From NCBI GenBank assembly GCA_050250895.1, contig JBFWNU010000002.1:288001-352000 (forward strand): a stretch of 64,000 nt of DNA, written 5' to 3'. Within the stretch, counting starts at the first letter, position 1, and each line of letters begins with the position of its first letter. Below the pieces are notes generated by a model. That model did no database searches. It saw only the letters and a program-made list of their open reading frames with translations, and had not been told where the DNA came from. The position numbers and the translations under genes were made by a program. The stretch comes from Vulcanimicrobiota bacterium (GTDB taxonomy: Bacteria; Vulcanimicrobiota; Xenobia; Xenobiales; JADMJV01). This document shows, in pieces, positions 17,600-26,752 of the stretch.

Positions 17600-19303
17600 C
17601 TAGAAGTAGGTGGCCTTCACGTAATAGGTCCCTTTGCCGCTGCCGTCGCGCTTTTGTCCCGCCGACATCTGGGAAAGAAACTTCTCGAGCGAACCGCCCT
17701 CGCCGTGAACCGGCGGCAGGATATCGTAGCCTTCGTCGGTCTGAAGGAAGATCGCATCCGAGCCTTTGGTGGTCGGAACCCTGAGAATCAGTTGACCGTC
17801 CGAGCCCATGCCCACCTCGAGCCGCTTCGGCAGGCCGCTCTGTTCGATCTCGGCCCCGGAACTGTCGAAATACTTGTTGGGGGGCGAGGGGATTGGCTCC
17901 CAGGCGCCCGCGCTGTATTTGTAGACGGTATCCACCAAACCAGATTTTGAAGGGCGGTTGACGACGAACAACTCGTCCTCGTCACCCCCGACCATGCCGC
18001 CCAGAGTGGGTCCCCGTTTCTTCGGATATGAGCTGTCCACCAGTTGACCCGACTTGTCGTAGAAACGGGCCGGCGGATCGGGGATGGGCGTCCACTCGCC
18101 GTCGGCATGCCGGTACAGGGCCGAGGTGTGAGTATTGGGATAGATCTGGGTCAGGTTGGCGATCAAGATATCCAGCAAGTACTTGATTCCGACCGGCTCG
18201 AGATCACCGGTTTGGACATATTCGTGGCCGCCCTGATCGGCCGCCATCAGCAAAATGTCCTTGCCCGGGGGCATGGTGATGGTCCACTGGTTGGTTTCGT
18301 CGGTGTAGGTGTAGATCGAGTCTTGACCTCGGCGGTAGACAGGCACGCTCACCCCGCCCTCATAGGCGGCCGGAGGGCCGGCCACGCCCTGAACGTGATA
18401 GTTGCCGGGTTGTTTCACCATTTCGCCATTCACAAAAGTGGCTTCTTCTACCGGGGGTAGAGCCGTCCAGTCGCCGTCATCGTGCGAGAACTTGTACATT
18501 ACGGCTCCTTTGCTGACGGTGACGTCTTTGACCTGACCCACCAGCACCTGCGCCACCGGGACCAGATCGCCCACCGTCAGGCCCTGGTTGCCTCCATTGA
18601 CCATGGTGTGTAGCGCGAAGTCTCCCCATGGCAAGAAGATGGGAATGCCAAAGAAAAAGGCCGGGCTGGGCTTATCATCCCAGCCGTCCAGAGTGGGAGC
18701 ATAGACGACATAGGCCGACCCGTCCGGAGAACCCGAGATGTACGGAATGCTCCCGGCCACTTCACCCGGCTTGTACTCCAGAACCCCGGCGTCAGAATAG
18801 CGGGCCCGGGGCAGGTCCGGTAAGCGATTCCAGGCCCCCGAGTCCGACAGTTCGCTGTAATAGATCGGATCGGGCGAGTCCTTGTCGGTATTGGTCACGT
18901 TGGTGTAGACCCTGGCCAGGGTGCGTTCCTTGAAGTTGGCGAGTCGTTTGATCTGTTCGGGTTTTCCCTGACCGGGTGAGTAGGTCTGGGCGACCACCAG
19001 GACCGTCTTGGCCTCTTGGTCCACCGGTTCAACCCAGCTTTCGACGACCCGACCGCCGTTGGTCACCCGGCGAGGGTTGTCGCGCGAATAGGTGGTCGGC
19101 TCGAGGCCGCTATTGAGGTCTGACAGAAGCTCGTTGGCGGCGCCCAGACTCAGGTAGCGAAATTCCGTTGCCTCGATGGAGCCTAGGGATAGGCTGAAGT
19201 TATACGAAACGCTGGCGATGAGCACGGTGGATAAGAGCAACACGAACATTGCAACGAACAACGCCGTGGGCACGATGATCCCACGATATCGGCTTTTCAT
19301 CAC
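17600..19303 (-). CDS. PilX/GspK-like pseudopilin with large repetitive beta-rich C-terminus
   Basis: RG/IIVPTALFVAMFVLLL without Glu5; repeated W..[LI]P..P...Y.D..G units. Confidence 0.65.
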   Translation of the reverse strand: MMKSRYRGIIVPTALFVAMFVLLLSTVLIASVSYNFSLSLGSIEATEFRYLSLGAANELLSDLNSGLEPTTYSRDNPRRVTNGGRVVESWVEPVDQEAKTVLVVAQTYSPGQGKPEQIKRLANFKERTLARVYTNVTNTDKDSPDPIYYSELSDSGAWNRLPDLPRARYSDAGVLEYKPGEVAGSIPYISGSPDGSAYVVYAPTLDGWDDKPSPAFFFGIPIFLPWGDFALHTMVNGGNQGLTVGDLVPVAQVLVGQVKDVTVSKGAVMYKFSHDDGDWTALPPVEEATFVNGEMVKQPGNYHVQGVAGPPAAYEGGVSVPVYRRGQDSIYTYTDETNQWTITMPPGKDILLMAADQGGHEYVQTGDLEPVGIKYLLDILIANLTQIYPNTHTSALYRHADGEWTPIPDPPARFYDKSGQLVDSSYPKKRGPTLGGMVGGDEDELFVVNRPSKSGLVDTVYKYSAGAWEPIPSPPNKYFDSSGAEIEQSGLPKRLEVGMGSDGQLILRVPTTKGSDAIFLQTDEGYDILPPVHGEGGSLEKFLSQMSAGQKRDGSGKGTYYVKATYF

Positions 19304-19400
19304 GATAGTTGCCCCGACTCCCGCTCGTTTAGCCGCGGTTGCGCAGCCTTCCAGGAGTATACCACAGATTGAACCGGGGGTGACTCTCTCGAAGTGGTCC

Positions 19401-19428
19401 CGACCGGGCTCGACCCCGAGCCCGGTCG
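19401..19428. terminator. Perfect 12-bp hairpin (terminator or REP-like)
   Basis: CGACCGGGCTCG-ACCC-CGAGCCCGGTCG; no U-tract. Confidence 0.5.
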
Positions 19429-19440
19429 AGGGCGGGGCGA

Positions 19441-19737
19441 CTAGGCTGCGGCCGCCGGGCGCGTGGCCGGGTCCTGGCCGGCGTTGGGGCCGTAGTTCTG
19501 CTGCAGGCCCTTGATCAGGCCGTCTGCTCCGGAAGCACCGCTGGCCTCTTGGGGCCCGGTCACGATCTGGTCGGTGGGCAACTGGTTAGCGGGCGGCGCT
19601 TGCGGGGCCACCGGGGCGACTCCGTTGGCCGCCGAGGCGGCCTCGGCATCCTTGTTATCGGTGGTCGATTGAGCCTTGTGCTCGCTGCCTCTGGTGTAAG
19701 CGCTGGGGTCGTTGAGGCCAATTCTCTCTAGATTCAT
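19441..19737 (-). CDS. Small disordered hypothetical protein
   Basis: Strong RBS GGAGGAG; PTDQIVTG motif. Confidence 0.6.
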   Translation of the reverse strand: MNLERIGLNDPSAYTRGSEHKAQSTTDNKDAEAASAANGVAPVAPQAPPANQLPTDQIVTGPQEASGASGADGLIKGLQQNYGPNAGQDPATRPAAAA

Positions 19738-19765
19738 TTCGATCTCCTCCCGAATTTCTGCCCTG

Positions 19766-19830
19766 ATAGTAGCCGGCCCGACAGGACCCCAGCTGTTCAG
19801 GAGGAGGTCGAGTGTAACAGCCGAGTTAAC
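19766..19830 (-). promoter_or_regulatory. Phased-repeat promoter
   Basis: GTTAAC (59 nt upstream), TGTTAC (48), GTCCTG (16), -10 TACTAT; shares CAGCTGGG.TCCTG...GGCCGGCTA with the 20453 promoter. Confidence 0.6.
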
Positions 19831-19831
19831 A

Positions 19832-20347
19832 TTAGCCGCGACGCTGGCCTAGCTCGACCACTTCTTCTTGGGCGAGATCAAGGTCGACGAACGCCTCGGC
19901 CAGAACGCCGATGCCCTGACGGACGACTTCAGGATTGTCGGTGGTGCGAAAGCTAAGCATCAGTTCGGCCCCCTCGCAGAGACGACCAAAACAGCGGCGG
20001 ATCTCGTGGTAGAGTCGATTTTCGTCGGCCGAAAGACCGGCGTAGCGGCGCTCGACTTTAGGTGACTCGAGGGAATGGAGGATGCGACGTTGTTGCTGGC
20101 TGAGTTGACCCACCCGCTCCAGGAAGGTCGGCTTGTCGATCCGGTCGTTGAAGAGTTCGTCGGCGGCGTGCTCGAAAGCAAGATACTGCTTGCTCTCATG
20201 GAGAGGGGTCTGGGGGAAGCGATCGCTCTGGGGCGCCCGAAAGTGGAACTGCTCCTTGACGTCCAGGCGCACGTCATCTTCAACCTGGTCGAGGGAAGAA
20301 AAGGCGTCGGCCAGCACGGCCCAGACATCTTCGTTCTGGTCTTCCAT
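19832..20347 (-). CDS. Hypothetical alpha-helical protein
   Basis: Protein-like composition from MEDQNEDVWAV; the ORF extension upstream crosses a terminator. Confidence 0.6.
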   Translation of the reverse strand: MEDQNEDVWAVLADAFSSLDQVEDDVRLDVKEQFHFRAPQSDRFPQTPLHESKQYLAFEHAADELFNDRIDKPTFLERVGQLSQQQRRILHSLESPKVERRYAGLSADENRLYHEIRRCFGRLCEGAELMLSFRTTDNPEVVRQGIGVLAEAFVDLDLAQEEVVELGQRRG

Positions 20348-20367
20348 GGGGGTGTCCGTTCGTGTCC

Positions 20368-20447
20368 AAAAAGAAAAGCCCTCGCAGGGAGGGCGCACGA
20401 AGGAGAGATAGGTTCGGAGTCGGGCGACTCCGTCCACAGCTATTCTG
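20368..20447 (-). ncRNA. Candidate ~80-nt small RNA or attenuator leader
   Basis: Own promoter (20453-20528), hairpin CGGAGTCG/CGACTCCG, unpaired CCUAUCUCUCCUU, terminator GCCCTC/GAGGGC + TTTTCTTTTT. Confidence 0.5.
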
Positions 20448-20452
20448 GTAGT

Positions 20453-20528
20453 AATATAGCCGGCCGAGCAGGAACCCAGCTGGACCCGGGGGGTTCTTTG
20501 CCGCACATTTTGTGAGCAGAACGTGAAC
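20453..20528 (-). promoter_or_regulatory. Phased-repeat promoter
   Basis: GTTCAC (70), GCTCAC (59), TTCCTG (16), -10 TATATT. Confidence 0.55.
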
Positions 20529-20536
20529 AGTTTGGG

Positions 20537-21871
20537 TTAGCTGATCTGGTGGCGCTGGCTGTCGGGCCAGTCGCGCAAAGCATAGAGTTGAACCAGGCCG
20601 GCCTGATCGATGGTGCTCAACTGACCGTGTCCTTCGTACGAGCCCAGTCCGTTGCCGGAGCGATTGAAGAGACCACTGGAGGGCTCGAGGGCCTGGCTCC
20701 AAGCCCGCTCGAGATAGCCGTCGAGGGCCTGCTCGGCGGCCGGGTCCTCGAGTTGCAGGAGGTTGCGAAAGAAGACCGCGTTAAAGGCCGGCGGCTGGCG
20801 CCACAGAACGTCGTCGCTGAAGTGGTGGAGGGCGGCCCTGGCCGTTTGCTGGGCTTTCTCGAGGTGGCTCGGGTCGCCAGTGAGCCGATACCAGAGCAGG
20901 TGCGCTCCCACCGGGGTTCCCTGGTTGTAGGACCAGACGGTGGGGTCGACCCGACCGCTTTCCAGGTTGACGTTGTCGGCATACAGTCCGTCGGGTTGGC
21001 GCAACCGGCTGTCCATCAACTCGGTCAACTGGCGGGCAAAATCGAGGTGCCGGCTGTCGCCCGTCTGTTGATACAGCCGCAGCGACAGTTCGATGGTGGG
21101 GCCGAGCACGCAAGTGTTGTAAGAGGGATTGGGGTTGCCTTCTTCCCATAACAGGCCGCCGTCAGGCTGCTGGGCCGAGCGCAAGAAGGCCGCGACCTCT
21201 TCCGCTTTTTCGAGATAGCCGCCCTGGGGCACCTGCTGGGCGGCCTGCACGAACACCAGGCCAAGCCAGGCGTTGTCGTCGTAGAAGCGGTTTCCCAGCA
21301 GACCGAAAGGTCCTCGCGAGGAGGCGTAACCTCCCTCCGGGTGGCGATATTGCTCGAGGCCGTTCACCAGTTGCTCGAAGTCGTTGTAGTCGCCCGTGAC
21401 CCTGGCCTGGTCGAGGGCGGCGGCCATCACCTGGCCGTAGGGCCAGACGGTGATGCGGCCGGCTGCCCCCGGCCGGTCGCGCAGGCTCTCCAGTCCTCCG
21501 CTAAAGTGGCCTCGCAAGCCCTCCCAGGCGTAGTTGGCCTGATGAATGCTGGCCTTGAGCTGGGCCGGTGAAGTCACGCCCTCACACGAGAGCACCTGCT
21601 CGAGGCGGGGCGCGTCGTTGAGCGTGGCGCAGGCGATGGCCGGGGGAGTGGGGCCGCCGCCCAGGGTTCCGATCAGCCGGGCCCCCGCCAGCGCCGTCCA
21701 GGCCAGGGCCGCCAGCAGGGGTTTTCGACTCCTGGGAGGGGCCGGGTCGAGGGTGCTCAGAGTCGATCCATCGACGGGCGGGGCCGGCTCGACTCGTCCC
21801 GCCGAGGCTCCGGGAGGCGCGCTGCGCTTGAGCTCGGGTGGATGAACGCGACGGTCGGAAGGCACTCGCAT
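20537..21871 (-). CDS. Glycoside hydrolase family 76 (alpha-1,6-mannanase-like)
   Basis: RFYDDNAWLGL catalytic DD, GGLLW, WSYNQG, FNAVFFRNL; start reassigned to ATG 21871. Confidence 0.85.
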   Translation of the reverse strand: MRVPSDRRVHPPELKRSAPPGASAGRVEPAPPVDGSTLSTLDPAPPRSRKPLLAALAWTALAGARLIGTLGGGPTPPAIACATLNDAPRLEQVLSCEGVTSPAQLKASIHQANYAWEGLRGHFSGGLESLRDRPGAAGRITVWPYGQVMAAALDQARVTGDYNDFEQLVNGLEQYRHPEGGYASSRGPFGLLGNRFYDDNAWLGLVFVQAAQQVPQGGYLEKAEEVAAFLRSAQQPDGGLLWEEGNPNPSYNTCVLGPTIELSLRLYQQTGDSRHLDFARQLTELMDSRLRQPDGLYADNVNLESGRVDPTVWSYNQGTPVGAHLLWYRLTGDPSHLEKAQQTARAALHHFSDDVLWRQPPAFNAVFFRNLLQLEDPAAEQALDGYLERAWSQALEPSSGLFNRSGNGLGSYEGHGQLSTIDQAGLVQLYALRDWPDSQRHQIS

Positions 21872-21931
21872 ACTGCTTCTATAGCACAGCCAGCTTGTCT
21901 GGAAGTTGATCACGCTCGGCAGTTGTAAACA

Positions 21932-24325
21932 ATGACCACAAAAGGTGGAGCGAGCGAGATTGAGAACCTTGGCTGGGTGAGCGACGACTCCCGACTCCGA
22001 GACGTGAGCCAGCCGTCTTCTGTGGCTGCTTTCACCTGGCTGGTGGCCGGGGTGGCCTGCAGTCTGGTGGCCGTGCTCGGGGTCGCCGGCAATCAGGTGA
22101 GGGTCGGTCCGACCGTGTTCGTCTATGGCGTGACGGTGCTCTTGCTCGACCTGTTGGTGGGCTCGTCGCGCTCCCAGGTTGTCCCCCAGCGGGTCACCCC
22201 AGCCGTCGTTTTGGCCCTGTTGATTCTGCCGGGGCACGCGCCGGGGGTGGCCGTCCTGGTCAACCTGATCGCGACCATTCTGGTGGCTCTGGTGGCCCGC
22301 GTCGACTACCTGGGCATCGCCCACTGTGGCCGGGCTCTGGTGCCGGCTGCAGTCACGGCCATCTATCTGCAGAGCGGGGTCGAACTGACTTCGGAGAGTT
22401 ATTTCTTTGCCTGCGAGCTGTTCGTGGTGGCCTCGCTACTCACGCGAACACCTCGTCCCCCCTTTCGCTCCGACATCTTCCTGGTGGTCTGCTATCCGGC
22501 CGTCGCGCTGATGTTGGGCTACCTCAGCCAGCTCGGGGGCGGTTATGTGCTGCTGGCTCTACCCTTGCTCTTCTTGCTGACCACGGTGGACACGGACACT
22601 CTGCTCGCCTATTTCCAGTTACGCAAGAAGCTCGACGAGTCCAGGACCGAGATTCGGCAGACCCGCCAGGCCCAGCGCCAGAGCGAGCTAGAGAGCCGCC
22701 GTAAAGGAATCATGCTGGTGCGCAAAGAGAAGCAGTTGTCGCTGCTCAACGGTCTGGGTCGCCAGATGGAGGCGGCTCGTGCGGCCGAGGACCTGGGTCG
22801 CTTCTTGCTCGACGAGAGCCTGCGCCTGACCGGGGCCGATGGCGGTCTGGTGATTCTGGGTGACCCGTCCGGCCGCGTGGCCGCGGTGTTGAGCGAGGAT
22901 TCGGGTCGGGACTGGGGGCTGGCGCAGGGCGAGCCGCTCCCGGCCTCGCTCGAGGCCGGGATCAGCCCGACCGAGCCCTGGCCCTGCCCCCTTTGGAGCG
23001 GGGGGAGATCGTTTCTCACTTGCCGGCTCGGCAATCAAGGTTGGCTCTTTCTGAGTCGGGACGAAGCCGGGGTCTTTCCCGAGTTTCTTCAGGATTTCTT
23101 TTCGGCCGTAGGTCGTCACGCTGGCAGCGCCATGCTGGCCCTGCGGCGTCTGAGCGAGGTCCAGGCCACCGCTCTGCGGGAAGCCCAGGAAAAGCAAAAG
23201 GTGGCCGATCAGAACCGCAACCTGCGCCTCTTGCTCGAGAGCTTCGAGGCGTTGGCGGCCGGCAGCCTGGCTTCGGACCAGGAACTGCTGGCCCGAGCGG
23301 GCGACGCTTTGCGGCAAATGACGGGTGCCGAGAGGGTCCTCTTTGGGGCTCGCCCCCTGGATGTCTATCCGCTCCAGGGCAGCGAGCTGGTAGTCAACGA
23401 ACGGCGCTGGCCCAGTCATTTCTTCCGGGCGGGAGAGGGCCCGAGCGGCAACTTGCTTTGTCTGAGTCAGCGGACCGACGCCTTTCATGAAAGCCAGCAC
23501 GAGTGGTGTATCTTGCTGCAGGACTTTCTCGACCAAACGCTCGAGATCAACAGTCTCCACCGTGACCTGCAACTGTCCTACCAGCAATTGAAGCGCACTC
23601 AGCAAGAGGTGGTGCTGTCTAGCCAGTGGGCCGCCGCCGGTCGCCTGGCGGCCAACGCGGCTCACGAACTCAACACTCCTCTGGGAGCTATTCGCATCGC
23701 GGCCGAGCATATCGACATGCACCTTCACCACGGAGGCGACCCCCAGCCGGCCATCGAGAGCATGGAATCGCTCATGCGCTCCATCGCCCGTTGCCAGCGA
23801 GTCACCGACCGTCTCTTGATCACCAGTCGCCCGGCCGATAAGGGGTCGGACGCAGCCACTCCCCAGGCCCACAGTTTTGACCTCATTCTGGCCGACGCCC
23901 TGGCCTCGGTGCAGCCTTTCTTACGCGCCTCGAAGATCCAACTGGACAAGCCCGAACCCCTGCCCGACCATCAGGTGATGGTGGTCATGCGAGACCTCTA
24001 TTGGGCCCTGGTCTATGTCTTGAAGAACGCCATCGACGCTCTCAGTGAAGAGAACACCCCGGACAAACGCATCGCCATCCGCCTCGCCAGCAATCAGCGT
24101 GAATTGTCGATAACCGTCCAAGACAACGGACCGGGTGTTCCTCCAGAGGTCAAACCGCGGCTCTTCGAAGCCTTCTTCACCACCAAGAAACTGGGCCAGG
24201 GCAACGGTCTCGGGCTGTCGCTGAGTCGCACCAACATGGCCCGCTGGGGAGGCCAGATCGACTACCAGGATACTGAGGGTAGGGGAGCCACATTCGTAGT
24301 GAAGGTGCCGCTGGCGCGGGGTTGA
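21932..24325 (+). CDS. Membrane sensor histidine kinase (TM region, GAF-like region, HisKA, HATPase)
   Basis: AAHELNTPL, KNAIDA, DNGPG, FFTTK..GQGNGLGL. Confidence 0.9.
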   Translation: MTTKGGASEIENLGWVSDDSRLRDVSQPSSVAAFTWLVAGVACSLVAVLGVAGNQVRVGPTVFVYGVTVLLLDLLVGSSRSQVVPQRVTPAVVLALLILPGHAPGVAVLVNLIATILVALVARVDYLGIAHCGRALVPAAVTAIYLQSGVELTSESYFFACELFVVASLLTRTPRPPFRSDIFLVVCYPAVALMLGYLSQLGGGYVLLALPLLFLLTTVDTDTLLAYFQLRKKLDESRTEIRQTRQAQRQSELESRRKGIMLVRKEKQLSLLNGLGRQMEAARAAEDLGRFLLDESLRLTGADGGLVILGDPSGRVAAVLSEDSGRDWGLAQGEPLPASLEAGISPTEPWPCPLWSGGRSFLTCRLGNQGWLFLSRDEAGVFPEFLQDFFSAVGRHAGSAMLALRRLSEVQATALREAQEKQKVADQNRNLRLLLESFEALAAGSLASDQELLARAGDALRQMTGAERVLFGARPLDVYPLQGSELVVNERRWPSHFFRAGEGPSGNLLCLSQRTDAFHESQHEWCILLQDFLDQTLEINSLHRDLQLSYQQLKRTQQEVVLSSQWAAAGRLAANAAHELNTPLGAIRIAAEHIDMHLHHGGDPQPAIESMESLMRSIARCQRVTDRLLITSRPADKGSDAATPQAHSFDLILADALASVQPFLRASKIQLDKPEPLPDHQVMVVMRDLYWALVYVLKNAIDALSEENTPDKRIAIRLASNQRELSITVQDNGPGVPPEVKPRLFEAFFTTKKLGQGNGLGLSLSRTNMARWGGQIDYQDTEGRGATFVVKVPLARG

Positions 24326-24336
24326 ACAGGGAGTCC

Positions 24337-26694
24337 ATGGAGCGAAAACCCAAGATCCTCCTGCTGGAAGACGACCCGGACATGCGGTCGCTGCTGGAAC
24401 GGATTCTGAGTTATCAAGACTATGACGTGACCTCGGTCGAGACCGGCTATGAAGCCATCGAGGCGGCGAAAGAGACAGCCTTCGACTTGATCGTGGCCGA
24501 TGTTCGGGTCGACGGACCGGACGGCATCGAGGTCTTGAGCGAGGCCAAGAAAGACCGACCCGATGTGGGCACTCTGGCCGTGTCGGGCTACTCTTCGCTC
24601 GAAGACGACGCCAGGGCCGAGCGCATCGGGATCGGCGGCTTTCTGCGCAAGCCGTTCGAAACCCAGCGCTTTCTCGAGCTGGTCAAGCAACAGCTCCACA
24701 AGCGCCAGAAGAAGCGCCAGGAGCGCAACCTCGAGCAAGAGGTCGGACGCGTCCTTCTGACCAGCCTCACCACCCTCTTTGCGGCCTTTGGCGCCACCCC
24801 CCAGAGCGGCCAGTTCGAACGGGTGAGTCGGGCTCGAGAAATGGCCATGAAGCTGGGCCTTGCCTGCGGCCTCGAGGGACAGGTGCTCTATCAGGTCGCG
24901 GCCGCCTCGGCCTTGACCGTGATGCCCGAGAAGGTGGTGGGAGACCTGTGCCAGGCCCTCACCGAGGTGGGTCCCTACGTCGACTCCCTGTCCGAGGCCT
25001 TACTCTACTACGAACAGCCTAACGACAGCGATCCCAAGCCTCCCCTCGAGGCTCGCATCGTTCGTCTGGTCAAGGCCGTGCTCGACCAGGCCGATCTCGA
25101 CGACGCCGGCCTCGACAAGGAACTGCTGGCTCTTTTTCGTTCCGAAGAAAGCCTGCAGCAGCGGCTGGTGCCTTCTAATCCCGAGGTTCACAGCGGTCAG
25201 AGCGAGAGCTTTCTGGCCATTGCTCAGGCCCTCGAGCGGGCCGGCGATGTGCACGGAGCGGCCACCGCTTACAAAGATCTTTTGCAAAGCCACCCTGAAG
25301 GTGAGGCAGTGGTCGAGGCGCAGCTCGGCATGGCTCGCCTGGCTGCCCTGCGCAAGGATGCAGCCAAGGTCAGGTTGTGGGTCGATCGAGCCACCCAGGT
25401 GGCCGCCTCGGTGGGTCGCTTTCGCTCTTGCCTCACCGACTACTACGGTGGCCTGCTGCTGCGCCAGGTCGGGGATGAAGACGCCAAGCGCTTGCTGCGC
25501 CGGGCCGTTCCCTCGTTGCTCAAGTTTGGCTTCGCCGATGCGGTGGCGCTGTCGGCCGTGGCTCTGATCGCCGAGGGCGAGAAGATCGATCCCGAGCGCT
25601 GGCAGGCCATCAGCCGCCGTTTGCTGTCCCCCTCGCTGAGCCGCGACATCACCAAGCACGCTCTGTGGTTCATCCCGGCCCTGCTCGAGACACTCTCCAA
25701 ACATCCTTTGCCAGGTTTTCTCAGCCAATTCATCAACCATCTTCCGGGGCTGTTCTGCAAGATGCTCGAAGAACAGTTGCTGGGGGCCGAGAACCGCAAC
25801 CGGCTGGTGGGTTTGCTGGGCCAGGAGCAATCGCACGTACCCGAATCGGTTTGGCGTTTGCTCAGGCAAGATGCCGATCCCGAGGTGCGAAAGTCGGCCA
25901 GCGAGCTGACGGTGCGGGTGGAAGCGGTGGCTTCTCCGTCTTTGATCCGCTTGTTTTCGCTCGGTCCTTTCGAGGTCCAGGTCGACGGCGAGATCGTGCC
26001 CGACCGCATCTGGCGCACCCAGCGCACCCGCTTTCTGCTGGCCTACCTCGGCTACGAGTGGGGTCGCCAGGTGCACGAAGAGATTCTCATGGAAGCCCTC
26101 TGGCCCGAAAGCGAGACCCTGGACAAAAAGGGGCTCTACTGGAACACCTCGGCCATTCGCCGCATCTTCAAAGGAATGGGTTTTCAACTCGATGTGGTCG
26201 AGCGCATCGGAGAGACCCTGCGGACCAACCCCGAGGTCTCGGTGTGGCACGATGCCAAGGTGCTCGAAGAGCACCTGACCGCGGGTCAGACCGCCTTGCG
26301 CGAAGGCAAGACCGACCGGGCCAAGTCCGAGTTGCAGGCAGCTCTCGATATCTACCGAGGCCCTTATCTCGAGGGTTGCTTTCTTGACTGGGCCCTGCGC
26401 CGTCGCCAGAGCTACGAGCGCCAAACCGCCGACGCTGCCTTGCAGCTGGCCGATCTGCACTTTGACAGCGAAGATTTTCGCGAGGCGGTCGAGGCGGCCC
26501 GGGAGAGCCTCAAGCTCGAGCCCGCCCGCCAAGAAGCGCATCTGATGGTGATGAAGGCCTTGATGAAGGGCGGGCGCCCCGAGGCCGCCATCGATCAGTA
26601 TCACGAGTGCGAACACTTGCTGCGACATCACTACCACACCGAACCAGAGACGGTGATGATCGAATACTACCACCGCGCCAAAATGTTGATGTAA
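24337..26694 (+). CDS. Response regulator: REC + helical/TPR region + winged-helix + BTAD (SARP-like)
   Basis: KILLLEDD..DLIVADV; IRLFSLGPFEVQVDG..W.....R.LLAYL; ALDIYRGPYLEG...DW; LEPARQEAH..MKAL..GRPEAAIDQY. Confidence 0.88.
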   Translation: MERKPKILLLEDDPDMRSLLERILSYQDYDVTSVETGYEAIEAAKETAFDLIVADVRVDGPDGIEVLSEAKKDRPDVGTLAVSGYSSLEDDARAERIGIGGFLRKPFETQRFLELVKQQLHKRQKKRQERNLEQEVGRVLLTSLTTLFAAFGATPQSGQFERVSRAREMAMKLGLACGLEGQVLYQVAAASALTVMPEKVVGDLCQALTEVGPYVDSLSEALLYYEQPNDSDPKPPLEARIVRLVKAVLDQADLDDAGLDKELLALFRSEESLQQRLVPSNPEVHSGQSESFLAIAQALERAGDVHGAATAYKDLLQSHPEGEAVVEAQLGMARLAALRKDAAKVRLWVDRATQVAASVGRFRSCLTDYYGGLLLRQVGDEDAKRLLRRAVPSLLKFGFADAVALSAVALIAEGEKIDPERWQAISRRLLSPSLSRDITKHALWFIPALLETLSKHPLPGFLSQFINHLPGLFCKMLEEQLLGAENRNRLVGLLGQEQSHVPESVWRLLRQDADPEVRKSASELTVRVEAVASPSLIRLFSLGPFEVQVDGEIVPDRIWRTQRTRFLLAYLGYEWGRQVHEEILMEALWPESETLDKKGLYWNTSAIRRIFKGMGFQLDVVERIGETLRTNPEVSVWHDAKVLEEHLTAGQTALREGKTDRAKSELQAALDIYRGPYLEGCFLDWALRRRQSYERQTADAALQLADLHFDSEDFREAVEAARESLKLEPARQEAHLMVMKALMKGGRPEAAIDQYHECEHLLRHHYHTEPETVMIEYYHRAKMLM

Positions 26695-26697
26695 TAG

Positions 26698-26730
26698 CCA
26701 GAAGGCCAGGCGCTAGGCCTGACCTTCTGG
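26698..26730. terminator. Hairpin between convergent genes
   Basis: CCAGAAGG.CAGGC...GCCTG.CCTTCTGG. Confidence 0.6.
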
Positions 26731-26752
26731 ATTGGTTTGCTTGAATTTTTGA

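Noticed and set aside
19356-19385. AGTCAC/GTTCAA 11-bp pair upstream of the pseudopilin operon -10 (TATACT)
   Set aside because: Offsets 24 and 13 are out of phase with the 16/27/38 series, so it is not counted in the regulon.
21872-22324. 5' extension of the GH76 ORF in the track
   Set aside because: Overlaps the divergent kinase gene and its promoter; the real start is likely ATG 21871.
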